Origin: Alphaproteobacteria bacterium
GTDB taxonomy: Bacteria > Pseudomonadota > Alphaproteobacteria > GCA-2731375
Length of the DNA: 64,000 nt
Assembly: GCA_965232515.1 (NCBI GenBank)
Contig: CBDDPY010000002.1
Location: 352,001-416,000, forward strand
Direction: 5' to 3'
The notes below the pieces were generated by a model. It did not search any database, was not told the origin of the DNA, and saw only the letters and a list, made by a program, of their open reading frames with translations. Every line of letters begins with the position of its first letter. Position 1 is the stretch's first letter. The position numbers were made by a program, and so were the translations under genes. This document shows, piece after piece, positions 10,274 to 19,400 of the stretch.

Positions 10274-11148
10274 CCGTGCAGCAGACCGCCGTTCACCGCG
10301 GCCTCCGAGTCGAGTGGCGCGCCCGCTGGGTCGAATGGCAGCCCTACATGCTGTCGGCCGTCGCCGTCGCCATCGTCGTCGCCTACCTGTTCCCGATCTA
10401 CTGGATGTACATCTCGGGCCTGAAGCTCAGCAGCGAGATCTTCGCCCGCCCGCCCACCTTCGTGCCGGCCGAGCCGACGCTCGAGTCCTACCGCTGGATC
10501 TTCGAGCGCGAGAACGTGCTGGTCTACCTACGCAACAGCTTGATCATCGCCACCGCGACCACCGCGCTGACGCTGGTGCTGGGCTGCCTCGGCGCCTATG
10601 CCTTGAGCCGCCTGCGCAGCCGGCTGGTCGATGTCGCCATCGTCTTCATCCTGATCATGCAGACGTTTCCGGAGTCGCTGCTGGCGACGCCGATGTTCGT
10701 GATCTTCCGCGGCCTCGACCTGCTCAACACGCTGACGGCCGTGGTGCTGGCGACGACGAGCAAAACACTGGCGTTCGCGCTCATCATCCTGCGGCCGATC
10801 TTCCGCCAGGTGCCGTTCGAGCTGGAGGAGGCGGCCATGGTCGACGGCTGCAACCGCATCACCGCGTTCCTGTTCATCGTGCTGCCGGTCGCCCGCTCCG
10901 GGATCATCGTCGTCGGCGCGCTCGCCTTTCTGATGGCCTACGGCGAGTTCGTCTATCCCGCCTCGCTGCTGACCCGGCAGGAGCTGCAGCCCGCCACCGT
11001 CGGGCTCTACAGCTTCGTCGGCGCCGAATACGCCGACTGGCATCACGTGATGGCCTTCGCCTCCGTGTTCGTCACGCCGGCCGTCATCCTGTTCCTGCTG
11101 CTGCAACGCAAGATCGTCGCCGGGCTCACCGCCGGCGCTCTCAAATAG
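10270..11148 (+). CDS. Carbohydrate ABC transporter permease
   Basis: EAA loop (LEEAAMVDGC), C-terminal GLTAGALK; GTGA overlap with the previous gene. Confidence 0.92.
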   Translation: MTVQQTAVHRGLRVEWRARWVEWQPYMLSAVAVAIVVAYLFPIYWMYISGLKLSSEIFARPPTFVPAEPTLESYRWIFERENVLVYLRNSLIIATATTALTLVLGCLGAYALSRLRSRLVDVAIVFILIMQTFPESLLATPMFVIFRGLDLLNTLTAVVLATTSKTLAFALIILRPIFRQVPFELEEAAMVDGCNRITAFLFIVLPVARSGIIVVGALAFLMAYGEFVYPASLLTRQELQPATVGLYSFVGAEYADWHHVMAFASVFVTPAVILFLLLQRKIVAGLTAGALK

Positions 11149-11157
11149 GACGCATCC

Positions 11158-13545
11158 ATGACCCTCGTGCTGGCTTCCGACGCCTTCGACCGTTTCGCCC
11201 GCGCCGTCACCACCCGCGACATCGCCGGCGCGCCCGACGGCCTGACCGCGACGATCGATCTCGACGACGGCCGCGCGCTGCCGCTGGTCATGCGGCTGAG
11301 CGAGGGCGGTGTCGTGCGCGTCTCGATCGGCGACCGGCGGGCCGCGATGACCCTGCCGGACGTGGATGTCGACGCGCCCGTCGGCATTGCCGTTGACGTG
11401 CGTTCGGATGACGAGACGGTCACGGTCACGGGCGACCGACTCGGCGTATGCCTGCACCGCGACGGCTTCGCCATCACGATCTTCCGTGTCGCCAACAACG
11501 AAACGCTCTGGCGCACCAGCCTCGACGATCAGGACCAGAAGGGCCGCTTGCGCGTCCTGCCGCTCGGCCTCGCGCGCGACGGCGAGCCCCGGCTGACGGC
11601 GGCCTTCGAGGCCGACGCCCACGACCACTATCTCGGCTTCGGCGAGAAGTTCTGCGCCGTCGACAAGCGCGGCCTGACCATCGAGTCCGTCAACCGCAAC
11701 GCCTACGGCGCCACTTCGGAGCGCGCCTACAAGAACGTGCCCTTCTTCCTGTCGCCGCGCGGCTACGGCCTGTTCATCAACACGTCGGCGCATTTACGGC
11801 ACGATGTCGTGAACCCGGTGATCTCCTCGCAATCCTACGTGCTCGCGGCCGAAGCGGGCGGCCTTGAATTCTTCCTCATCGACGGTCCCGAGCCGAAAAC
11901 CGTGCTCAAGCGTTACAGCGAGCTCACTGGCTTCGCTCCCGTGCCGCCGCTCTGGAGCTTCGGCGTCTGGATCTCGCGCTTCTACTTCGAAAACTGGGAG
12001 AGCCTCGAGGCCGCCTGCGACGGCATGCGCACCCGCGACCTGCCGGCCGACGTCGTCAATGTCGACACCTACTGGATGGCCGGCGATCGCCTGTCGGACC
12101 TGCAGTGGGACGAGGACCGTTTCCCCGACCCGGCGGCGCATCTGAGCGCGCTGCGCGACATGGGCTATCGGTTCTGCGTCTGGGAATACCCCTATCTCTC
12201 GCACGCATCGCCCCTCTGGCAGGACGCCTGGGACAACGGCTATCTCGTCCGCACCCGCGACGGCGAGCCGGCCGATGTGCAGACCACGCTGCCGGTGCCG
12301 ACGCATCATCTGCCGGGCTTCCGCGGCGTCGGCTCGCTGCAGAACATCTACGAGCAGAAGCTGGTCGAACCCGGCACGCTTATCGATTTCACCAACCCCG
12401 CCGCGGTCGCCTGGTGGCAGGACCTGCACCGCGCGCGCCTCGCCGACGGCGTCGCCGTGTTCAAGACCGACTTCGGCGAGGACGTGCCGGCCGATGCCGT
12501 GTTCCACGACGGCCGCACCGCCGCCGAGGTGCACAACATCTATCCGCTCATGTTCCAGAAGGCGGCCTACGACGTGACGCTCGAGGTGACCGGCGAGCAC
12601 ATGATCTGGGGCCGCTCGGGCTGGGCCGGCGGCCAGAAATACCCGGTGCACTGGGGTGGCGATCCGACCACGACGTTTCTCTCCATGGCCGGCACGCTGC
12701 GCGGCGCGCTCAGCTACGGCCTCTCGGGCGTGCCGTTCTGGAGCCACGACGTCGGCGGCTTCGCCGGCACCCCAGACCCGACGCTCTACGCGCGCTGGGC
12801 CCAGTTCGGCCTGTTTTCCTCGCACGTGCGCTGCCACGGCTGCACGCCGCGCGAGCCCTGGGAGTTCGGCGGGGAGGCCGAGGCGATCTTCCGGCGCTAC
12901 GCCAAGCTGCGTTACCGCATGCTGCCCTACTATCTGAAGCTCGCGCACGAAGCCGCGGCCGACGGTCTGCCGCTCATGCGGCACATGGCTCTGGAGTTCC
13001 CCGACGATCCCTCGACCACCGGCATCGAGAGCCAGTACATGCTGGGCGCCGACCTGCTGGTGGCGCCGGTCTTCAACGACCGCGGCGACGCCGACGTCTA
13101 TCTGCCTGCCGGCCGCTGGGCCGACTGGTGGACGGGCGAACTGCACGACGGCGGCCGCTGGCTGCGCCACCGCGGCCTGCCGCTCGATGTCATGCCGCTC
13201 TATCTGCGCGAGGGCGGCGTCATCCCGCTGCTACCGGATATGCCACATTCCGACGCCGCCGACTGGTCCGACTGGACCTTCGTGATCCATGCGGCGGACA
13301 CGCTGTCACACAGCTTTGCCATGCCGGCTGGCGGTACGCTCGCCATCACCGGCGCGCGCGACGGCGCCATGCGGCGCTTGACCATCGAGGGCGACACCAA
13401 GCGCGTCGGTTTGCGCATCCTCGGCGAAACCGTCGCAGGGGCCGACATCGAATTCGGCACCGGCAGCCTCGCCATCGAAGACGGCGCCGTGACGATCGCC
13501 GATCCGTCGTCCCGCCTTACCGTGGCGCTGTCGCTCACCGCCTGA
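11158..13545 (+). CDS. GH31 glycoside hydrolase, alpha-xylosidase (YicI)-like
   Basis: GFGEKF, YKNVPF, nucleophile motif FKTDFGE, HWGGD, WSHDVGGF, QYMLGADLLVAPV. Confidence 0.88.
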   Translation: MTLVLASDAFDRFARAVTTRDIAGAPDGLTATIDLDDGRALPLVMRLSEGGVVRVSIGDRRAAMTLPDVDVDAPVGIAVDVRSDDETVTVTGDRLGVCLHRDGFAITIFRVANNETLWRTSLDDQDQKGRLRVLPLGLARDGEPRLTAAFEADAHDHYLGFGEKFCAVDKRGLTIESVNRNAYGATSERAYKNVPFFLSPRGYGLFINTSAHLRHDVVNPVISSQSYVLAAEAGGLEFFLIDGPEPKTVLKRYSELTGFAPVPPLWSFGVWISRFYFENWESLEAACDGMRTRDLPADVVNVDTYWMAGDRLSDLQWDEDRFPDPAAHLSALRDMGYRFCVWEYPYLSHASPLWQDAWDNGYLVRTRDGEPADVQTTLPVPTHHLPGFRGVGSLQNIYEQKLVEPGTLIDFTNPAAVAWWQDLHRARLADGVAVFKTDFGEDVPADAVFHDGRTAAEVHNIYPLMFQKAAYDVTLEVTGEHMIWGRSGWAGGQKYPVHWGGDPTTTFLSMAGTLRGALSYGLSGVPFWSHDVGGFAGTPDPTLYARWAQFGLFSSHVRCHGCTPREPWEFGGEAEAIFRRYAKLRYRMLPYYLKLAHEAAADGLPLMRHMALEFPDDPSTTGIESQYMLGADLLVAPVFNDRGDADVYLPAGRWADWWTGELHDGGRWLRHRGLPLDVMPLYLREGGVIPLLPDMPHSDAADWSDWTFVIHAADTLSHSFAMPAGGTLAITGARDGAMRRLTIEGDTKRVGLRILGETVAGADIEFGTGSLAIEDGAVTIADPSSRLTVALSLTA

Positions 13546-13576
13546 CGGACACCGGCGGAGCACTGCGCAATCCGGG

Positions 13577-14359
13577 CTATGCCGGTTTGATGCCCAGGTT
13601 GCGGCGCGCGCCGATGACGCCGAAGAAAATCAGGAAGGCGTAGAGGCCGAGAAAAAGAAACGCCCGTCCCCATGTCTCCAGCTCAGGGATCGTGGTTTCC
13701 GACGTGTCGTCCGGCGCATAGAGAATGTCGATACGGTCGCCGCGCGAGACTTTCGCCATGAACGATCGCGGCACCTGGATTTCCCCGCGAATGGTCTGGC
13801 CATCGGGGGTCTTGAAGCGATAGGCCAGGAAGGACTGGTATTGCCGGCTGTCGGACGGATCCTGTGCGCGCCAGGTCTTCTCCACGACCGCCGTCGCCTG
13901 TTGGCCGGAAATCCGAAGCGGCAGATGGTCGGCGATGTCGAGAAGCGACATGAACATCGCATAACCGGCCCACAGTGCGGCGATGCCAAAGCCCAGGCCG
14001 GCGACGAGGCGGCCGCCGCTGGTTTCCGCGTCGACGATCTCGTCCTGCGGCAGGCCGTTGCGGATCCGTCGATACAGGCCGCGCAAACCCAGGATCACCA
14101 GAACCAGACCGCCGAGAAAAAACAGAATGCCGATCGCGAAAACGTCCCAAGCCGCGAGATAGTCGAGGTCGCGTGTTGGGTTGAATCCTTCCGCGTTCGA
14201 GAACAGGGATTCCTGGCGTTTGATAGTAGAGTCGATGATGTAGAGATAGATGAATGGGCCGACCCCGCGGACGATCAGAACCGCCCCGATGGCCGTGCAG
14301 GCCAGGTTCACGAAGATCGTGATCAGATAGCGCAAAACAGGCATCAGCGACCGCCCCAA
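13577..14359 (-). CDS. Membrane protein with a C-terminal DUF3592-like domain
   Basis: Several TM segments, then ATAVV...YRFKTPDG...GDRIDILYAPDD and a final TM. Confidence 0.65.
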   Translation of the reverse strand: MGRSLMPVLRYLITIFVNLACTAIGAVLIVRGVGPFIYLYIIDSTIKRQESLFSNAEGFNPTRDLDYLAAWDVFAIGILFFLGGLVLVILGLRGLYRRIRNGLPQDEIVDAETSGGRLVAGLGFGIAALWAGYAMFMSLLDIADHLPLRISGQQATAVVEKTWRAQDPSDSRQYQSFLAYRFKTPDGQTIRGEIQVPRSFMAKVSRGDRIDILYAPDDTSETTIPELETWGRAFLFLGLYAFLIFFGVIGARRNLGIKPA

Positions 14360-14443
14360 TCAATTTATGCTAGGGGACTATCGCGGCTATTCGTAAAGAA
14401 CCTGTTTCGCGAAAGAGCTGGCCGTCCTCTGCCGGCGGGGATG

Positions 14444-16123
14444 CTATTCGGCGGCGTCGCCCACGCCAGCGGCCTTCGGCCCGCTCTCGGCCGTTGCGGC
14501 CGGCGCCAGGTCGATCCCGGCATAGCCGTCCGCCACGACCTGGTTGATGATGGAGACGTATTTCGGGGCGCCGCCGTTGTAGACGAAATAGCGGATCCGG
14601 CCCTGCTCGTGGCCGGGGACGTTCGAGTTGTAGCCGGTGAACCAGGACTTGGCCTTCCGCATCAGCATGGTGGCGTACATCTTGGTCACATGCCCGGTCC
14701 AACGTTCCTCGGCCACCTGCGTCGCTTCGGCCCTAACGCGGCCCTCCGCCCATAGGTATTGCAGTAAATCGGTGCACCAGTTGACGCCGGTCTCGATGCC
14801 GCGCGGATAGTTCGACGACGCCGAGCCGCTCTGCGGACCGGCCGGCATGAACATGTTCGGGAAGCCGTGGACCATCATGCCGAGATATGTCGACGGGCCG
14901 TCGCGCCACCTGTCGCGCAATCGCGCCCCGCCGACGCCCTGGATGTCGATATGATCGAACGCGCCGGTCATCGCGTCGAAGCCGGTCGCATAGACGATGA
15001 TGTCGAAATCGTAGTCGCGTTCGCTGGTCCGCAGGCCGGTTTCGGTCACCCGCTCGATCGGCGTTTCGCCGATATCGACGAGGTGCACGTTGTCGCGGTT
15101 GTAGGCCTCCAGGTAATGGGTCTCCAGGGGCACCCGCTGCACGCCGAACCCGTGGTCGCGGGGGATCAGCTTCTCCGCTGTGCCTGCGTCCTTGACGCGC
15201 TGGCGGATGCGGTCGGCGACATAGGCGGAGAACTCGGCGTTGGCGTCCTCGTCGGTGAAGATCTCGCGGAAGTTCTGCAGCCAGATGCCGAATCCGGGCT
15301 CGTCGTAGAGCCGGTCCCACATCGCCACACGTTCCTCGCGCGGGACCTCCCAGAAGCCGCGCCGGTCCGGCTCGTGCTCGAAGCCGCCCGGCGTGCGGGC
15401 GCAGGCGGCGAAGATCTCGTCATAGCGCGCCCGGATGTCGCTCATCTCCGCCTCGGAGATCGGGCTGTTGTTCAGCGGCGCGCACCAGTTCGGCCGGCGC
15501 TGGAACACGGTCAGCTCGGCGGCCTCGCGCGCGACCTCGGGGATGAGCTGGATCGCCGTGGCGCCGGTGCCGATGACCGCGACCTTCTTGCCGGCCAGCT
15601 CGACCGGCTCGTGCGGCCAATAAAAGGTATGGAACGAGCGGCCTTTGAAGCTGTCCATGCCGTCGTAGCGCGGGAGCGTCGGCGTCGACAGCAGACCGAG
15701 CGCCATGATCACGAACCGGCAGGTCAGCTCCCGGCCGTCACTGACGGTCAGCCGCCACCGGCATTCGGCCTCGTCGAAGTGTGCCGCCTCGACCCGGCAA
15801 TTGAACTGCATGTGCCGGCGCAGATCGAACTTGTCGGCAACGAAATTCAGATAGCGCAGGTTCTCGGGCTGACCGGAGAAGCGCTCCTTCCAGTGCCACT
15901 CGTTCAGCACCTCCTTCGAAAAGGAATAGCCATAGGTGTAGCTCTCGGAATCGAATCGGGCGCCCGGATACCGGTTCCAATACCAGGTCCCGCCCAGATC
16001 GCCGCCGGCCTCGAGCACCGTGGCATCCACGCCGAGGTCGACCAGCCGCTTGATCTGATAGATCCCCGCCACCCCGGCGCCGATGACGATCACCTCATAA
16101 TCAGAACCGGTCGTGCCACTCAT
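14444..16123 (-). CDS. Type I Baeyer-Villiger monooxygenase
   Basis: GAGVAG, GGTWYWNRYPGARFDSES, fingerprint FKGRSFHTFYWP, GTGATA, ATGF; GAGGAG RBS before ATG 16123. Confidence 0.92.
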   Translation of the reverse strand: MSGTTGSDYEVIVIGAGVAGIYQIKRLVDLGVDATVLEAGGDLGGTWYWNRYPGARFDSESYTYGYSFSKEVLNEWHWKERFSGQPENLRYLNFVADKFDLRRHMQFNCRVEAAHFDEAECRWRLTVSDGRELTCRFVIMALGLLSTPTLPRYDGMDSFKGRSFHTFYWPHEPVELAGKKVAVIGTGATAIQLIPEVAREAAELTVFQRRPNWCAPLNNSPISEAEMSDIRARYDEIFAACARTPGGFEHEPDRRGFWEVPREERVAMWDRLYDEPGFGIWLQNFREIFTDEDANAEFSAYVADRIRQRVKDAGTAEKLIPRDHGFGVQRVPLETHYLEAYNRDNVHLVDIGETPIERVTETGLRTSERDYDFDIIVYATGFDAMTGAFDHIDIQGVGGARLRDRWRDGPSTYLGMMVHGFPNMFMPAGPQSGSASSNYPRGIETGVNWCTDLLQYLWAEGRVRAEATQVAEERWTGHVTKMYATMLMRKAKSWFTGYNSNVPGHEQGRIRYFVYNGGAPKYVSIINQVVADGYAGIDLAPAATAESGPKAAGVGDAAE

Positions 16124-16411
16124 ATCCGCTCCTCGCCCGCTCGCCACTACCTAACGCACGTTAGTTTAAGGCAAATGCGACCCGAATGGTCGAGAAGAGA
16201 TTGCCGTCAGCGATATCGTGTCACAATGATGCCGGAATTGTCGACGCGATGTTAGCGGAACAGAAGGGCCACTTTGGTCTGGTAAGCCTGCTAAGGACTC
16301 CTTTGAATACGTTCCTAGTTCACTGGCGGTCTGCCGGAGCCACCAAAATTGCACGATCTATCAATTCGTGTAAATGTGGCGTGAAATTCGCCAAATGAAA
16401 GCTGTGGTAAC

Positions 16412-19400
16412 GTGCCGGATTCCGATGTGGTGGTCGCCGCTGACAGTGACGAACAGCTAAGCATCAAAGAGCTTCCTCTTGCTGACCTACCGCACCTTGC
16501 GGAGCATCACTGGTCTCAAGCCGAAGAAGCGACGGCCCGCGATCAGTTCAATGCTGCGGCAGGCTCTCTGCCATATGGACAGCTTTCCGACACCGGCTTC
16601 GAGCGCCTCTGTTTTCACCTCCTCCTTGCAGAGGGCCACGCACCGCGGTTCTGGGGACGGCGCGGAGACGCTCAGCAAGGTATCGACCTGATCATCTCAA
16701 ATGGAAGCGCTGCCACCGTTTACCAATGCAAGAACCACGCAAGCTTTGACGTGCCGAAGTTACAAAAGGCCCTCAACAAGTTCCGAACCGATTGGCTAGA
16801 GGCAAGGCCGGAACTCGGGCGGCCAGAGAACTTCGTCCTTTGTACCTCGGCGGAGCTCAAGGAAACGGCCAAGTGGGAGGAGTGCAAACGCGCATTCAGA
16901 GCGGAGACCCGTGTGGGCGTCGTGGAATGGCCTCGCGATAGGCTTGACGCCAAGCTTCGAGATCAGCCCGGCATCGTGGCTGATCTGTTCGGCGAACGGG
17001 TCGCGGAGCAGTTCTGCGGGCCAGGGCGAGGCTCGGCCTGGGACCTGGGGTTGTTTCGCCGGCTGGCGCCTGGTTCAGGCGAGAAACGCGTCGACCGCTT
17101 TCTTGAGCTGCGCGACGCCGGCCAGATCGTGCGCCTTGATCGTGAGGCACAGCGATTTGAGGCCATTCTTGGCGGACACCGCCGCATCCTTATCTGTGGC
17201 CTGGCCGGCACCGGCAAGACGATGTCTGCTCTCGAACTTTCCTCGTTTTTTGATGGTGGTTCTTGGCGTGTGTTTTACCTGTGCCCAGACGATACGCACA
17301 ACATCGATCATCTGGTCGAGGGCATCCGGAGCCGAGCGTTTCGCAAGGGCGTCTTTGTGCTGGACGATTGTCATCTGGACTTTGGTAGGGTCGAGCGGCT
17401 TGCCGGACGGATCGCTGCTATCGACAACCCGAATATAAAGCTCGTCCTGACCGCCCGGACACCGCCCAAAGGCCTGGATTTCCTCGACCCTGAAGCAGGT
17501 CACTTCGTGCACGAGCTGCGCGAAGCCGAACAAGCTGTCGAGGTCGCGGCTGATGTCGAGCGTTATCGTGCGATCATGAACCTTCGTCGTCCTAATTGGC
17601 GCGACCCGCCGATCGACCGCTTGATGGCGTGGACGGGCCACGACTTGGCAATACTCGATTTGATCCTCGACGTCACCGAGCAGGACGACATCCGTGAGGT
17701 CGAAAAGATCGACGATCTCTTCGATCAGATCTTGCGCGAAATCTTCAAGGCTCACTCGGCGCAGGCATTCAACCTAAAGCGGCTCGCGGCCGTCGCGCAG
17801 TTCGACCTTGACTTGCCGAGAAACATCTTTCCCGAGCCGTTCGAGCCGAAACCCAATGAAAACGGAGCGGCACAGCGGTTCGTTGTCGTCGGCGGCCGCC
17901 CGCCCGCCGCAAAATTCGGTCATGCCTCGGCGGCAGAGCTGATCTATCGGTTACTGGCATGGGCGCATGGCGAAGAGGATATGCATTTCGCTGCTGCCCG
18001 CGATTGCGCCGACGTCCTCGAATTGTGTCAGCCGGAGCATGCCCTGGGCGAGCTCCTGCCACGCCTGCTTCGCGCCCGCCTGAAGCTCGCCGACGATGGG
18101 GCTATCAAGCGAGAGCTCCTGACTGAGGGACGCGTTTTAGCTCTCCTAGGCGCTGAGCCCGAGTGGGTTCCGACCGCGGTCCTATTCATCTCTGCATTAC
18201 TCTGCCGCAGCCTGCCGACACCGCCTCCTTTCGCGATATGGCTCGCAGAGCGCTTGGAAAGCTGGGCGGAGAACCCTGAGACCGCGGACGATTTTTCGGT
18301 CATCGGCGGTTGCCTCAGAGCGCTCGCCCTGGCCAACGCCTCCGCGCAGCGCGATGTCGAGCTTCGGATCGGCCCGGACCGCTTCGCGGAACTCATCGCC
18401 GCCCGCGGCACGCTTGTCGAGCTGCTGAACGTTTTGCAGCACAGCACGTCGGGATTCGCCGCCGAGCTGTCGCGTGGGTTCAACCGGGAAGGGGTGGCGG
18501 AGCTGCTCGAGCGAACGATCCGCGAAGAGAGGTCGATCGGCACGCTCCACTTCGCGCTGCGAGGCCTCGGCAAACGTCCCTTGCCGGGCGAAGCGGGCCG
18601 CACGCAGCTCCATCTCTTCGAGGAAACGCTCGGTGGGACAGCGATGGCGCGGCTCATCGTCGCCCGCGGCACGCTTGTCGAGCTGCTGAAAGTTTTGGAG
18701 CACAGCACGTCGGGATTCGCCGCCGAGCTGTCGCGTGGGTTCAACCGGGAAGGGGTGGCGGAGCTGCTCGAGCGAACGATCCGCGAAGAGAGGTCGATCG
18801 GCACGCTCCACTTCGCGCTGCGAGGCCTCGGCAAACGTCCCTTGCCGGGCGAAGCGGGCCGCACGCAGCTCCATCTCTTCGAGGAAACGCTCGGTGGGAC
18901 AGCGATGGCGCGGCTCATCGTCGCCCGCGGCACGCTTGTCGAGCTGCTGAAAGTTTTGGAGCACAGCACGTCGGGATTCGCCGCCGAGCTGTTGCGTGGG
19001 TTCAACCGGGAAGGGGTGGCGGAGCTGCTCGAGCGAACGATCCGCGAAGAGAGGTCGATCGGCACGCTCAGCTTCGCGCTGCGAGACCTCGGCAAACGTC
19101 CCTTGCCGGGCGAAGCGGACCGCACGCAGCTCCATCTCTTCGAGGAAACGCTCGGTGGGACAGCGATGGCGCGGCTCATCGCCGCCCGCGGCACGCTTGT
19201 CGAGCTGCTGAAAGTTTTGGAGCACAGCACGTCGGGATTCGCCGCCGAGCTGTTGCGTGGGTTCAACCGGGAAGGGGTGGCGGAGCTGCTCGAGCGAACG
19301 ATCCGCGAAGAGAGGTCGATCGGCACGCTCCACTTGGCGCTGCGAGACCTCGGCAAACGTCCCTTGCCGGGCGAAGCGGACCGCACGCAGCTCCATCTCT

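Noticed and set aside
11158-13545. GH31 as a sulfoquinovosidase, given the nearby organosulfur genes
   Set aside because: Nucleophile context is KTDFGE (YicI-like) rather than MADFGEY, and the operon has its own LacI operators.
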